In this document: in pieces, positions 35,259-46,234 of the stretch
How the letters are laid out: each line of letters starts with the position of its first letter
Numbering within the stretch: the stretch's first letter is position 1
Origin: an uncultured delta proteobacterium
GTDB lineage: Bacteria > Desulfobacterota > Binatia > HRBIN30 > BPIQ01
NCBI GenBank assembly: GCA_963761335.1
Contig: CAVXGR010000012.1
Location: 736,001 to 800,000 of the forward strand
Direction: 5' to 3'
Length of the DNA stretch: 64,000 nucleotides
The notes under the pieces: model-generated
What the model saw: the letters and a program-made list of their open reading frames with translations, nothing else
What the model was told of the DNA's origin: nothing
The model's database searches: none
Made by a program: the position numbers and the translations under genes

Positions 35259-36448
35259 ACGCGCTTCCAACGCCGCGCCCGGTCCGCGAGAGCGCGGCCC
35301 GCAAAGCTCTTCAACAGCAGCCCGACGGCATCGCGCCGCCGTCCCAGCCGCCAATCCAATCGCGCCGCCTGGCGCCAGTACCCTCGCGCCGCACCCATCC
35401 GGCCCTGGCCGTAGGCGAGGCGGGCGAGCATCAGGTAGGCACGGGCCCGAGCCGCGCGCTGCCCCTCGATGCCGATCTCCGCGCCGGCGGCGAACACCGC
35501 GTCGAGTACCGCAACGACGCGTCCTTCCGCTGCCGCCAAGTCCAAGGGGTAGGACGTCGCCTTGAAGCCGATCGGCTGCGTCGCGCAGAGCAGCGCGTAG
35601 TACGGCTCCTCCTCGGAGAGAATTTCCGGCCACCGCCGCACGGCCTCGCAGAAGTCCGCGATTCCCTCGGCATCGCTGCCGGCGCCGCAGAGCTGCGCGG
35701 CGCTCTCGACGAGCGCGAAGCTGAAGGCCCGACCGCTCATCCGGCGCGCCTCCTCGCGCAGATCGGGGCGCGCAAACAGCTTCTCGAGGGCGCGCAGGCG
35801 CCCGGCGCGCATGGCGCGCACGTCGCGGGAGATGGTGCCGCCGTGAACCCGATAGCGGCAGAGCAGCGGCTCTGTTCCCAACCACACCCCACCGGTGGCG
35901 GTCATGCGCAGCCAGAGATCCCAGTCCTCCATGGCCCGCATGTGCTCGTCGAAGCCGCCGCCGGCGGCGATGGCGCTGCGGCGGAGGACGGCGCTGCTCG
36001 GCGGGAAGAGATTCCATGCGAGAAAGTCCTCGAGTGCGAAGCGACCCGGCCGACTGACACGCGAGCCCGGGATCTCCTCGCCGCTCCCGTCGATGAAGAG
36101 CCAACCGGAAAAGACGCCGGCCACCTCGTCACCGGCGCCGTCGAGCGCCGCCGACAAGTGCTCGAGGAAGCCCGCCTCCCAGCAGTCATCAGCGTCCAGC
36201 AGGGCCACGTACTCCGCCCGCGCCTCGGCCAGTGCCGCATTGCGGGCCGCGGACAGGCCGCGGTTCTCCTGCCGAAGAAGCCGCACCCGGGCGCCATACG
36301 AGCCCGCGATCGCCGCCGATTCGTCCGTGGATCCGTCGTCCACCACGATCAGCTCCCAGTCGTCCATGGACTGCCGGTAGACGCTCTCGATGGCGGCCGC
36401 GATGAAGCGGGCACCGTTGTAGACGGGCATGATGATGCTCGCCCGCAT
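35234..36448 (-). CDS. GT2 glycosyltransferase
   Basis: SIIMPVYN, VVDDGSTD, GLSAARN, LLDADD, EDWDLWLR. Confidence 0.9.
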   Translation of the reverse strand: MRASIIMPVYNGARFIAAAIESVYRQSMDDWELIVVDDGSTDESAAIAGSYGARVRLLRQENRGLSAARNAALAEARAEYVALLDADDCWEAGFLEHLSAALDGAGDEVAGVFSGWLFIDGSGEEIPGSRVSRPGRFALEDFLAWNLFPPSSAVLRRSAIAAGGGFDEHMRAMEDWDLWLRMTATGGVWLGTEPLLCRYRVHGGTISRDVRAMRAGRLRALEKLFARPDLREEARRMSGRAFSFALVESAAQLCGAGSDAEGIADFCEAVRRWPEILSEEEPYYALLCATQPIGFKATSYPLDLAAAEGRVVAVLDAVFAAGAEIGIEGQRAARARAYLMLARLAYGQGRMGAARGYWRQAARLDWRLGRRRDAVGLLLKSFAGRALADRARRWKRVCNLPLRA

Positions 36449-37771
36449 TCACTTCCCCGGGAGCCAGCCACGACGGCTGGCGAGGCCCACGCCGGCGACG
36501 ACCGCCACCGCCGAGGCGAGCACGATCACCTCCGTCGAGAGAGGCCGCGGCAGATCCTTCTTGGGCGGCACCGCTGCTGCCGCGATCACAGGCGCCTCGA
36601 CGCGACGGTGCACGTACCAGATCCGCTGGAAATCGTCCTCGTACACCACGTGCAGGTGATTCCCCTCGCCGATGGCGAGGCTCGGCAGCTCGACCGAGCG
36701 CTGCCCAACGGTCGACGGCGAGAGAAGCTCGGGAGGCGACCATTGCTCGCCGTCCCACTCGAGGTGGTACACGTCTTCGTGCTTCCCCCGGCGGCTGTCC
36801 GCCGAGGTCACCAGGTGGAGCCGGCCGCTGCTGTCGGTGGCCATCTGCGGAAAGCCAGTGAGTCCGCCGCGGACCTCGTCGCCGATCGGCAGCGGCGCCG
36901 TCCACGTGCGGCCGCCATCCCGCGACCACTGGTGCAGTCGATCTCGGTTGGAGACGATGCCGTTCCAGGCCAGGTGCACCTCGCCGGGGGCACGGACGGC
37001 AACCGCGAGCTGGGCGTGGTCCGCTGCGGCGACCTGCAGCGGCGCGCTCCAGGTGCGGCCGCCGTCTACCGACTGGCTGTAGAACCCGCCCTGCGGAGGC
37101 CAGCCGGTCGGTAGCAGGAACTGCGACCAGGTCACATGCAGGCGGCCGCCCGCACCGACGAAAAGAAACGGGAAGTCGGATGCGTCGCTGGTGCCGGAGA
37201 GCCGCGCAATGGCGACCGGGTCGCTCCAGCGAATGCCGCGATCGTCGGAGCGCCGGTACAGAACCTCGCCGGTGCGGGCCGCACAAACGAAGTGGACGGT
37301 GCCGTCCGAGGCGCGCACTGCGGAGCGAAAAGCGCCGGCGCGATCGGTCAGCGGCACGGGTGCGCTCCAGGCGCCGGGCTTCTCGGCCTCGGTGACGTAC
37401 GCGTGGCTGTAATAGATCGTCGCCTGCGGGGCGCCCTGCCAGACGGCGTGAAACCAGCCATCAGCGCCGAGGGTCACGGCCGCAAGGCTCACCCAACCGT
37501 CGAGCGGCGCCTCGACCACGGCCACCGGCGGCGTCCACGCGCCGGCGCGCAGCCGGGTATACATGAGCGCCTGTGCCCGTGCCGGGTGATCCATCGGGCC
37601 GCGGGTGAAGAAGACGTGCAATCCGCCCCAGGGGTCGGCGATGACGGTCGGCCGCGAGAGCATCTGGTCGCTGCTGTAGACCACCACCGGCGCGCTCCAC
37701 GGCGCGCCGCGGGCGACAGCCGCGAGCAGAAGAAATCCACACGCCGGGATGATGACGGATCGCTTGGGCAT
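36449..37771 (-). CDS. Secreted BNR/Asp-box beta-propeller (sialidase-like) protein with C-terminal TM anchor
   Basis: SDDRGIRWS, SVDGGRTWS, SRDGGRTWT Asp-boxes; signal peptide; hydrophobic tail followed by RR. Confidence 0.78.
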   Translation of the reverse strand: MPKRSVIIPACGFLLLAAVARGAPWSAPVVVYSSDQMLSRPTVIADPWGGLHVFFTRGPMDHPARAQALMYTRLRAGAWTPPVAVVEAPLDGWVSLAAVTLGADGWFHAVWQGAPQATIYYSHAYVTEAEKPGAWSAPVPLTDRAGAFRSAVRASDGTVHFVCAARTGEVLYRRSDDRGIRWSDPVAIARLSGTSDASDFPFLFVGAGGRLHVTWSQFLLPTGWPPQGGFYSQSVDGGRTWSAPLQVAAADHAQLAVAVRAPGEVHLAWNGIVSNRDRLHQWSRDGGRTWTAPLPIGDEVRGGLTGFPQMATDSSGRLHLVTSADSRRGKHEDVYHLEWDGEQWSPPELLSPSTVGQRSVELPSLAIGEGNHLHVVYEDDFQRIWYVHRRVEAPVIAAAAVPPKKDLPRPLSTEVIVLASAVAVVAGVGLASRRGWLPGK

Positions 37772-37847
37772 CGTTCGCCTCGAGCCAGCCCTTCTCCAGC
37801 TCTGGCGAGGCGAGTATCCTAACACGTCATTGCTTTACAACCAGAAC

Positions 37848-39008
37848 ATGCGGGTTCTCTTCCTCTCTCCCTGGCACCCATGGCCACCGCGCAGCGGCGC
37901 CGAACAACGCGTTGCGAACCTGGTGCGGCAACTGGGCCACCGTCACCAGGTGCACCTGCTCGGCTTCGTCGAGCAAGGCGGGGCCAAGGCCCCCGCCCCC
38001 GAGACGGCGTCCGCCGCATTCTACCCCCGGCGCCCGTTCCGCCCGGCCAGCCCCCGCGCCCAGCTCGGATTCCTGAGCTCGCGCCCCCGCTCCGTGGTCG
38101 ACACCTTTTCGCGGCAAACCGCCGAACGGATCGCCGCGGCGGTGCGGGAGACGAGGCCCGACGTGGTGGTCGCCTTCGAGACGGCGATGGCGATCTACGG
38201 CCGCGTCTTCCGCCACCTTCCGGCGGTCTTCGAGGCGGTCGAGCTGGGAATCTACGCCGATGCCGTCCACCGCGCCGGCGGCCAATGGCCTCGGCTGCGG
38301 GCCTCGTTGACGTGGCAGAAGCACCGCCGCTTCCTTCGCCGGCTACTGGCCGACTTCCGTGCCTGCACCGTGGTTTCGGAGGCGGAACGCCAGCTGCTGG
38401 TGCTCGCCGCCCCCGCACATCCGCCCATCGAGGTGATCCCCAACTGTGTCGATCTGAGCGGGGTCCCCGAGCCGAGCGGCCGGGCACGCCCCAACACGCT
38501 GATCTTCACCGGCTCCCTGTCATACTCTCCCAACCACGATGCGATGCTCTGGTTCCTGCGCGAGGTCTTCCCGCGCATCCGGTCCGCGGTCGGGAACGTG
38601 GAGCTGACGATCACCGGAGACAGTGCCGGCAAGCTGCTCGGGGACGGACCCGGAATCCGCCAGACCGGCATGGTGGAGAACCTGCGCCCGCTGCTGGCGT
38701 CGGCGTGGGCCAGCATTGCGCCGATCCGCGCCGGGAGCGGCACGCGGGTCAAGATCATCGAAGCCATGGCGGTGCGCACTCCGGTGGTCGCCACGTCAAA
38801 GGCGGCGGAGGGAATCGAGGCGACGGCCGAAGTCGACATCCTGCTCGGCGACGATGCGGCCGAGTTTGCCCGCCAGGTCGTTCGGCTGCTGGGCGACGAG
38901 TCGCTGCGCCGCCGACTCGGCGACGCCGGCCGGCGGCTGATCGAGCAGCGCTACGACTGGGCAGCCGCCGGCCGCCGCTACGACGCCCTCCTGGAACGGA
39001 TCACGTGA
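37848..39008 (+). CDS. GT4 glycosyltransferase
   Basis: MRVLFLSP..PWPP..G, FTGSLSYSPN, GSGTRVKIIEAMA. Confidence 0.88.
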   Translation: MRVLFLSPWHPWPPRSGAEQRVANLVRQLGHRHQVHLLGFVEQGGAKAPAPETASAAFYPRRPFRPASPRAQLGFLSSRPRSVVDTFSRQTAERIAAAVRETRPDVVVAFETAMAIYGRVFRHLPAVFEAVELGIYADAVHRAGGQWPRLRASLTWQKHRRFLRRLLADFRACTVVSEAERQLLVLAAPAHPPIEVIPNCVDLSGVPEPSGRARPNTLIFTGSLSYSPNHDAMLWFLREVFPRIRSAVGNVELTITGDSAGKLLGDGPGIRQTGMVENLRPLLASAWASIAPIRAGSGTRVKIIEAMAVRTPVVATSKAAEGIEATAEVDILLGDDAAEFARQVVRLLGDESLRRRLGDAGRRLIEQRYDWAAAGRRYDALLERIT

Positions 39009-39048
39009 TCCGCGCTCGCGGCGCGGCCGTTCCGATTCGGCGCGGCTC

Positions 39049-39465
39049 TCAGTGCAGCCGGCGGCGCTGCGTGTAGAGATACCAGGCGCCGCCACCCGAG
39101 ACGGAGATGGCGATGATCGCGTAGATGGCCCCGAAGACGGCCCCGCCCGAGCCGGGCGCCGGGTGCAGGGCAAAGAGCACCAGGTTGATCGGCACATAGG
39201 CCGCATAGACGAGGGCGATCGGCAGCACCCAGCGCTTCATCGTCCAGACGCCGAAAGCGTACGCCGCCAGCAGGCAGCCGAAGAGCGGGCCAATGACCGC
39301 GTTGGCGACCCCGTGCAAACGGCTTCCGAAAAATACGAAACCGGCCGTCGAACCGGGCGACATCGCCTGGGCGATCGGCTTCGAGAGATCCGAGATCGCC
39401 ATGATCGCCATGAGAACGGCAAGCGCAGTGAGCAAGCCGCCGCGGGAGCTTCCCTCGTCATTCAT
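39049..39465 (-). CDS. Hypothetical 4-TM membrane protein
   Basis: Four hydrophobic segments; start at MNDEG. Confidence 0.7.
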   Translation of the reverse strand: MNDEGSSRGGLLTALAVLMAIMAISDLSKPIAQAMSPGSTAGFVFFGSRLHGVANAVIGPLFGCLLAAYAFGVWTMKRWVLPIALVYAAYVPINLVLFALHPAPGSGGAVFGAIYAIIAISVSGGGAWYLYTQRRRLH

Positions 39466-39505
39466 CTCGTGAGCGCCTCCTTCCGGTGCATTGCCCGCTA
39501 CTCGG

Positions 39506-39722
39506 TAGTGTCCCAGATTCCCCCGACGCGGACCTTGACGAGGGCGATCGGCTGTCTTCCGGTCGCTGCGGGCGTGGACTCCCTCTCCCGCACTGCCGGC
39601 GGGAGAGGGCGCCGATCTCTTTGAACAACCGCGAACCTTGTTCCTCTCCCGCCGGCAATGCGGGAGAGGAGACCCGGTGTGCGGCGTCGGAAACAGTCGC
39701 AAACGTCGAATTTGGGACACTA
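39506..39722. mobile_element. MITE-like element, copy 4
   Basis: Ends TAGTGTCCCAGATT / AATTTGGGACACTA (13/14 inverted); two CCTCTCCCGC..GCGGGAGAGG hairpins. Confidence 0.82.
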
Positions 39723-39809
39723 CTCGCTACTCGGCTCGGATCGACAGCGCAAGACCCCTGCGGTACGATGGCGCACTCTCAGCTCCATCGAATCGGGGAT
39801 GGCTCACAC

Positions 39810-41495
39810 ATGACAGGACCGGCGCGGCCGATCACCGAGACCCGGCGCGAGCAGATGTTTCCCAGGCTCGAGCCGGCGGAAGTCCAACGGCTGCGTCGGT
39901 TCGGTGAGACGCGCGCCTTTGCCGCCGGCGATTACCTGGTGAGGACGGGAGAGATCAGCCCGGGGCTGCTGCTCATTCTCTCCGGCGAGGTCGAGGTGCG
40001 CCCGCACGACGACCTCGTTCCACACCCTCCCATCACCGTTCACGGTGCGGGCGACTTCCTGGGGGAGCTCGCTCAGCTCTCGGAGCGACCGGCGCTGGTG
40101 GACGGGGTCGCGCAGAGCCCCGTCGAAGCCCTGGTCATTCCCTCTCCCAAGCTCCGCAGTCTGATGGTGGAGGAAGCGGAGCTCGGCGAGCGCATCATGC
40201 GGGCCCTGATCCTGCGCCGCGTCGGCCTTCTCCAGGGGGGTACCGGCGGGCCGGTCATCGTCGGCCGCTCCGACGATGGCGACGTCCTTCGCCTCGAGGG
40301 GTTCCTGGCGCGCAACGGCCATCCGCACCAGAGGATCGACCCCGAGGCCGATATGGGGGCCAAGGCTCTCCTCGAGCGATTCCACATCGAGCCGCGGGAG
40401 CTGCCGATCGTGGTGTGCCCGACGGGACAGTTGCTGCGCAATCCCGGCGAGCACGAGCTCGCCCGCTGCCTCGGCCTGATCAAGCCGATGGATCCGTCCC
40501 GGCTCTACGACGTCGCCATCGTCGGCGCCGGACCGGCCGGCCTTGCCGCCGCCGTCTATGCGGCCTCGGAAGGGCTCGCGGTTGTGGTGCTGGACAGTCG
40601 CTCCTTCGGGGGGCAGGCCGGTGCCTCGGCGCGTATCGAGAACTACCTGGGCTTTCCCACCGGAATCAGCGGCATGGCCCTGATGGCGCGCGCCTACAAT
40701 CAGGCGCAGAAGTTCGGCGTCGAGATGGCGATCCCCAGGGAGGTCGTCGGCTTGCAGGACCACGTCAGCGGTGGAGGGCGCTTTCGGCTGGAGCTCGACG
40801 ACGGTGAATGCGTCAGCGCCCGCGCCGTGATCATCGCCAGCGGGGCGCGCTACCGCCGGCTCGGAGTAGAGAACCTGACGGCCTTCGAGGGCTCGAGCGT
40901 CCACTACTGGGCCTCGCCGCTGGAGGCGAAGCTCTGTAGCGGACAGGAAGTGGCGCTGGTCGGCGCCGGCAACTCCGCGGGCCAGGCCGCCGTCTATCTC
41001 GCCAGTCAGGTCGCCCAGGTGTGGCTCCTGGTGCGCGGGCCGCACCTGGAAAGCAGCATGTCCCGCTACCTGGTCGACCGCATCACCGCCCAGTCGAACA
41101 TCGAGGTGCTGACCCAGACCGAGGTCAGCTCGCTCGAAGGGCACGGCAGCGCTCTGCAGTGGATCGTTTGGCGGCACGTTCCATCCGGCCAGCAGACGCG
41201 GCGCGCCATTCGCCACCTCTTTCTGTTCATCGGCGCGGAGCCGAACACCGCCTGGCTGTCCCGGTCTCAGGTGGCGCTCGACGGCAAGGGGTTCGTGCGC
41301 ACCGGCGCGGAGCTCGACGCCGGCTCGCGGCCCCTGGAGACGAGCCGCCGCGGCGTCTTCGCCATCGGCGACATCCGCGCCAGCTCCACCAAGCGCGTCG
41401 CTGCCGCCGTCGGAGAAGGCGCCCAGGTGGTCGCGGCGATTCACGCCTTCCTCGGCCAGGCGGGCAATGAGCCGCCCGCCCTGTCGCCGCAGTGA
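39810..41495 (+). CDS. cNMP-binding domain fused to thioredoxin-reductase-like FAD oxidoreductase
   Basis: N-terminal FLGELAQL; VGAGPAGL, IENYLGFP, VGAGNSAGQ, GVFAIGD, KRVAAAVGEG. Confidence 0.9.
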   Translation: MTGPARPITETRREQMFPRLEPAEVQRLRRFGETRAFAAGDYLVRTGEISPGLLLILSGEVEVRPHDDLVPHPPITVHGAGDFLGELAQLSERPALVDGVAQSPVEALVIPSPKLRSLMVEEAELGERIMRALILRRVGLLQGGTGGPVIVGRSDDGDVLRLEGFLARNGHPHQRIDPEADMGAKALLERFHIEPRELPIVVCPTGQLLRNPGEHELARCLGLIKPMDPSRLYDVAIVGAGPAGLAAAVYAASEGLAVVVLDSRSFGGQAGASARIENYLGFPTGISGMALMARAYNQAQKFGVEMAIPREVVGLQDHVSGGGRFRLELDDGECVSARAVIIASGARYRRLGVENLTAFEGSSVHYWASPLEAKLCSGQEVALVGAGNSAGQAAVYLASQVAQVWLLVRGPHLESSMSRYLVDRITAQSNIEVLTQTEVSSLEGHGSALQWIVWRHVPSGQQTRRAIRHLFLFIGAEPNTAWLSRSQVALDGKGFVRTGAELDAGSRPLETSRRGVFAIGDIRASSTKRVAAAVGEGAQVVAAIHAFLGQAGNEPPALSPQ

Positions 41496-41544
41496 CCGCG
41501 ACTACCCGCTCTGATGCCCGCCCGATACCCTCGGGGATGGCGGC

Positions 41545-42579
41545 TCACGGCAGAGGCAGAACGCAGCGACACGTATCGCAGATCTTGCCGCCGGTGCACG
41601 CCGGCAGACCGATCTCTCCGCACTGCTCCCGCTTCTCAATCAGACCGTCGCCGCAGTGCGCGTCGCGACAGACGAAGCGAGTCCCCTTGTCGTTGCGCTC
41701 GCACTCGACGAGCCGGGTGATGCAGAGATTGCCGATCAGCAGGCTCTGGCGCGCCCGCCGCACCCCCTGGTTGTCCTGCTGCGGCAAGCTCACGTCCTTC
41801 AGCCGGAAGGTGTTGCGAATGCGAAATGGAAAGGCCGGCTTTCTCCAGATGCGCGCCCAGCGCCATCCCGGCGCGTCCGGGATGTCGGGTTGCTGGCGCT
41901 TCAAGCTGAAGCGCCAGGAGCGATCGACGCCGTTGGAAGCCGTGTGGGGCGTCAAGCAGCGGTTGCCCGGGCACTCTGTCGGATCGAGCGTGCCGTGGTA
42001 CACCTCGCTGCTGCCGCCGTTGCCGTCATTCTGATTGAAGATGAGCTGGACCACCGAGGTGTCCGGATCAATGTCCATGCCGTCGCGCAGGTTGAACTGG
42101 CTTCTGACCGTCCAACGAAAGTTGCCGTCGACGCGCCGGCCGTCGCGGAAGACCGACAGCCGGTTGACCGGATTGGAGATGACATTGACGGCACCGAGCA
42201 GCCCGCACTGATCCGGATAGGGAACGCAGCTCGCGCTCTCATTCTGGCAGGTCGACGAGCAACAGTCGCCGTTGACGCGATTGCCGTCGTCGCACTGCTC
42301 CGCACCCTCCTGTACGCCATCGCCACAGCACGTCTCTCCACCGGGACACTCCGCGCTCGAGGCGCAGCAGGTCCGGGATCCGGAGCACAGACCGATGATC
42401 TGGCAGTTGCTGTTGCAGCTCGTCGAGCAGCAGACATTCGGCGGGCAGTTGCCGACGCCGAGGTCACACTGCTCGCCGGAGTCGATCACCCCGTCGCCGC
42501 AGGCCGCCCGTGCCGGGGTGGCTGTGGCAACGGCACCGAGAACAGCCAGCAGTCCGCATAGTACGAGACAATTCCTCAT
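41545..42579 (-). CDS. Secreted Cys-rich protein (myxobacterial CGDG/DUF4215-type repeats)
   Basis: Signal peptide; CGDGVIDSGEQCD, CGDGVQEGAEQCDDGN. Confidence 0.8.
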   Translation of the reverse strand: MRNCLVLCGLLAVLGAVATATPARAACGDGVIDSGEQCDLGVGNCPPNVCCSTSCNSNCQIIGLCSGSRTCCASSAECPGGETCCGDGVQEGAEQCDDGNRVNGDCCSSTCQNESASCVPYPDQCGLLGAVNVISNPVNRLSVFRDGRRVDGNFRWTVRSQFNLRDGMDIDPDTSVVQLIFNQNDGNGGSSEVYHGTLDPTECPGNRCLTPHTASNGVDRSWRFSLKRQQPDIPDAPGWRWARIWRKPAFPFRIRNTFRLKDVSLPQQDNQGVRRARQSLLIGNLCITRLVECERNDKGTRFVCRDAHCGDGLIEKREQCGEIGLPACTGGKICDTCRCVLPLP

Positions 42580-42599
42580 CGGCGCTCTCCACGTCATGA

Positions 42600-45500
42600 C
42601 TACGGGCTCGGAACGCAGCGGCAAGTATCACACGTCTTGCCGGCCCCGCACGCAGGCAATCCAGGCTCGCCGCACTGCTCCCGCCGATCGATGATGCCGT
42701 TGTTGCAGTGAGCGGCGCGGCAGAGATAGCGCCCGGCGCTGCCCGCGAGCCTGAGGTCACAGTCGAGTATTCGCGTGATGCAGACGTCGCCGATCACCAT
42801 CGACTCGCGCACGCGGCGCGTACCCGCGTTCAGCGACGGCTCGGGGATCGATGCGCCCTTGCCGCGCTGACTGAAGGTGAAGATGCTGCCGAGGCGCACG
42901 CGCGCCGCGGGCTTGTGAAAGCGGCTCAGGCGCCACCCCGGAGCCCCGGGAACATCCGCGTCGCGGGAGCGCAGCCTGAATCTCCAGTCCTTGGTGATGT
43001 TCTGCTTGTCGTTTCGGACGCGATAGCAGCTCCCGTTCGCGCAGGCGTCGGGATCCAGAATCGCATGGTAGAGCTCCTGGCTCTGATTGGTGCCTTCGTT
43101 CTGGTTGATGATGAAGTGCACCACCTCGTTCTCGGGATCGATATCGACTCCGTCGGGAAGCGCGAAGTCGCCGCGAGAGAGCCACCGATCGATGACGTGG
43201 TCTCGCGGGGGGTCATCGCGAAGAACCGTGCGTCGGATCGTCGGGTTGTCAATGAAGTAGAAGACCCCCTGCACGGACGAGCACGCTTCGGGCAGCGGCA
43301 CGCACGGTCCCGGTTCGATGGTGCAGGTGCTCGAGCAGCAGTCGCCGTCCCGCTGATTGCCGTCGTCGCACTGCTCGCCCGGATCGAGGATGCCGTCGCC
43401 GCAGTTCTCGAGGATAACCACCGTTTCCTCCGGCGTCGGGCTGCCCGTTTCGGTGGCGGTCGGAGTCGGTGTGGGAGTTGCGGTCCATACCGGTGTCGCC
43501 GTCGCGGTCTCCGCCACCGTAGCGGTCTCGGTCGCCGTCGGCGTGCTCACCGCCGTTGCCGTCTCGGTCGACGAGCCGGTGGCCGTCGGCGTGCTCGTCG
43601 GCGTGTCGGTTGAGGTCGGTGTCCGCGTCGGCGTGCCGGTCGGGGTCGACGTCGGCGTACTCGTCGGCGTGTCGGTCACCGTCGGCGTCCGCGTCGGCGT
43701 CTGCGTCGTCGTCGGCGTGCGCGTCGGCGTGCCGGTCGGGGTCGACGTCGGCGTCTGCGTCGGCGTGTCGGTCACCGTCGGCGTCCGCGTCGGCGTCTGC
43801 GTCGTCGTCGGCGTACGCGTCGGCGTGCCGGTCGGGGTCGACGTCGGCGTCTGCGTCGGCGTGTCGGTCACCGTCGGCGTCCGCGTCGGCGTCTGCGTCG
43901 TCGTCGGCGTACGCGTCGGCGTGCCGGTCGGGGTCGTCGTCGGCGTCCGCGTCGGCGTGTCGGTCACCGTTGGCGTCCGCGTCGGCGTCTGCGTCGTCGT
44001 CGGGGTGCGCGTCGGCGTGCTCGTCGTCGTCGGCGTGCGCGTTGCGGTAAGCGTGCGCGTCGGTGTGCGCGTGATGCTCGGCGTGCGGGTTGGCGTGCCC
44101 GTGCGCGTCGCCGTGCGCGTCGGGGTCGCCGTGGCCTCCACAACCGAAATGGTGTTGCCGAACTCCGAGGTCGCGCTGCTGACGGTCGCCGTCGAGGTCA
44201 GGGCCGTTCCGCCGGTTACCCCCGAGTGGACGGGAATGGTGAAGAGAAACCGGTGCGTGGTGTCGCTGCCGACTCCCGCGGGCGGCGGGTAGCTGCCCGT
44301 GGTCGCATCCGCGTCCTGGCCGGAGCCCTCGACCAGGGAGGCGACGAGCGTCTGCCCTTCGCCGAAGCCCGTCGGATCGGCGGCGGCGATGAAGACCTCG
44401 ATCTTCGATCCCGGCCGCGCGAAGCCGCTGAGCACCAGATTGCCACCGTCGATGATCGCGCTCTCGAGCACCGGATAGTTGAGCAGGCCGTTGCTGCCGG
44501 AATCTCCGTCTCCGGAATCGTTGAGGGTGACTCCGTCTCCGGCGTTCTCGGTTGCCGTCGAGGAGGTGCCCGCAAGGTCGATGCCGATTCCTCCCGAAGC
44601 GGCGGCGCCGCTGTTCGCGGTGATCGTCCCATTTGCCGAGATCGAGTTGCCGGTGAACGTGCTCGAGCCGGCGGAGTAGATGCCGAGGATCCCGGGGCCG
44701 TAGTTGCTGGTGATGATATTGCGGTCGACGACGTTGCCGGCACCCCAGACGCGGACGCCAGGGGTCTCACCCAGCTCGCTGCTGGTGCCACGGCCATTCT
44801 GAAGGACGGTGTTGTTGACGAAGGTGTGCCCGCCGTCGGAGGTCCAGGAATCGAGGCCGCAGCCGTCGTTGTCGATCACCAGGTTGCCGCGCGCAGTATC
44901 GCCCGAGGTGCCGCCCGCCTCGAAGCTGATGCCGTCCAGCAAGGCGTTGCCGGTGTCGTTGCCGCGCACCTCGTTGTTCTCGACGACCCAACCGGTGGAG
45001 CCGCTGTCGGCAAGCATACCGAAGAAGCGCGCAAAGCCGATCAGGTTGTTGCGCACGATGCCGTTGTCGCCGCCGGAGCTGTAGATGTTGCTGCTGCGGG
45101 TGCGGGTGCTGAAGCCGGGATCTGTGAAGCTGGTTGCGGTCGTGCCCAGGACGTTCTGCTCGATCAGCGTTCCGGTGACGTCGTCGCCGATGAAGATGTT
45201 TCCTTCTTGCGAGACGTTGCCCGTGCCGAAGCCGCGAATCGAGATGCCGCGAATGGTCGTGTTGTTCCCCTCGATGTCCAACCCGTTCGCCAGGCCGTTG
45301 CCGTCGACGATCTCGATCTCCGGCTTGTTCACCTGCGAAAGCGTCAGGCCGTCGACGCCGACGGTGCCGCCGACGCCGAGGACGCCCGGGTTGGTATCGC
45401 CCACGTTGCTGGTTTGCGTGGTCCCGTCGATGGTGGTGTTGGGCGCCGTTAGTGCGGGCAGAGATGAGGTGATAGTGATCACCGCCACACCGCCGGTGAG

Positions 45501-45818
45501 CGAGCCGGCCGGGATGTTGAACGCGATCGTGTCAGCCGTACCGCCGTTGCTGTTGGCGTTGCTGATGGCGGTGCGCAGCGAGCCCGAGCCGCTGTTGTTG
45601 GTGTTGGTGACGGTGAAGGTCGCCGCCTGCGCCGGGGTGGCGAGCAGCGAGATGAGAGGCAGCGTGCCGGCGATGAACAGCGCCAGCGTTCGAGCAAAGC
45701 TCCTCGAGCGCCGTGAGCAACTCAGGCGCTCAGGGCGCTTCCGCGACACATTTGACGCCGCCCTCCACGGTCGGCGCGCGCGACGCCTTGAGAATCCGAA
45801 GCTGTGGATCCGTGTCAT
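42600..45818 (-). CDS. Large secreted protein: parallel beta-helix, Thr/Pro tandem linker, Cys-rich C-terminal module
   Basis: [20 protein letters not shown] start, GIGIDL..GVTLND..N.P, TSEF motifs; GAGGAG RBS before MTRIH. Confidence 0.87.
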   Translation of the reverse strand: MTRIHSFGFSRRRARRPWRAASNVSRKRPERLSCSRRSRSFARTLALFIAGTLPLISLLATPAQAATFTVTNTNNSGSGSLRTAISNANSNGGTADTIAFNIPAGSLTGGVAVITITSSLPALTAPNTTIDGTTQTSNVGDTNPGVLGVGGTVGVDGLTLSQVNKPEIEIVDGNGLANGLDIEGNNTTIRGISIRGFGTGNVSQEGNIFIGDDVTGTLIEQNVLGTTATSFTDPGFSTRTRSSNIYSSGGDNGIVRNNLIGFARFFGMLADSGSTGWVVENNEVRGNDTGNALLDGISFEAGGTSGDTARGNLVIDNDGCGLDSWTSDGGHTFVNNTVLQNGRGTSSELGETPGVRVWGAGNVVDRNIITSNYGPGILGIYSAGSSTFTGNSISANGTITANSGAAASGGIGIDLAGTSSTATENAGDGVTLNDSGDGDSGSNGLLNYPVLESAIIDGGNLVLSGFARPGSKIEVFIAAADPTGFGEGQTLVASLVEGSGQDADATTGSYPPPAGVGSDTTHRFLFTIPVHSGVTGGTALTSTATVSSATSEFGNTISVVEATATPTRTATRTGTPTRTPSITRTPTRTLTATRTPTTTSTPTRTPTTTQTPTRTPTVTDTPTRTPTTTPTGTPTRTPTTTQTPTRTPTVTDTPTQTPTSTPTGTPTRTPTTTQTPTRTPTVTDTPTQTPTSTPTGTPTRTPTTTQTPTRTPTVTDTPTSTPTSTPTGTPTRTPTSTDTPTSTPTATGSSTETATAVSTPTATETATVAETATATPVWTATPTPTPTATETGSPTPEETVVILENCGDGILDPGEQCDDGNQRDGDCCSSTCTIEPGPCVPLPEACSSVQGVFYFIDNPTIRRTVLRDDPPRDHVIDRWLSRGDFALPDGVDIDPENEVVHFIINQNEGTNQSQELYHAILDPDACANGSCYRVRNDKQNITKDWRFRLRSRDADVPGAPGWRLSRFHKPAARVRLGSIFTFSQRGKGASIPEPSLNAGTRRVRESMVIGDVCITRILDCDLRLAGSAGRYLCRAAHCNNGIIDRREQCGEPGLPACGAGKTCDTCRCVPSP
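43633..44020 (-). repeat. Intragenic 96-bp tandem repeat, about 4 copies (32-aa Thr/Pro unit)
   Basis: GTGCCGGTCGGGGTCG recurs at 43633, 43729, 43825 and 43921. Confidence 0.92.
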
Positions 45819-46234
45819 ACGCTCCTCGTGCACCTCATGTTGCACCCCAGGCGAGCCGGCTGCGCCAAGGCGCGTCGACGCAGGCGAGTCTCGGCACTCG
45901 CTCTGGCACATCCATCCGATCCAAATCCAACTCTGATCCAAAACAAACGCCCGTCGATTTCACTGCCGCCTGTTTCCAGGCGCCCCCCCGAAGCCGGCGA
46001 GCGTGCGGACCTGCAGTCCACCCTGAAATCCCTTTCTGCGAAAATTCTGATGACACGGCGAATACCGCGTCCGCAGTCCGCTTGTCAATGAAATAATCTG
46101 CAGGGGTTCGAGCGGGCTCATTTGCCGCCCGTCGCTGGGGTGGTCATTCCGCCGGCGCCCGCCCAGGGGCGGCCCAAGTTCCCCTTTGACACAGGCGTCT
46201 GGCGCGCCCGGTTATCGGGATGCGGGCGGCCGCA

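Noticed and set aside
43560..44130. CRISPR-like repeat array
   Set aside because: No unique spacers or cas genes; the repeats encode an in-frame Thr/Pro linker (also 19020-19330)
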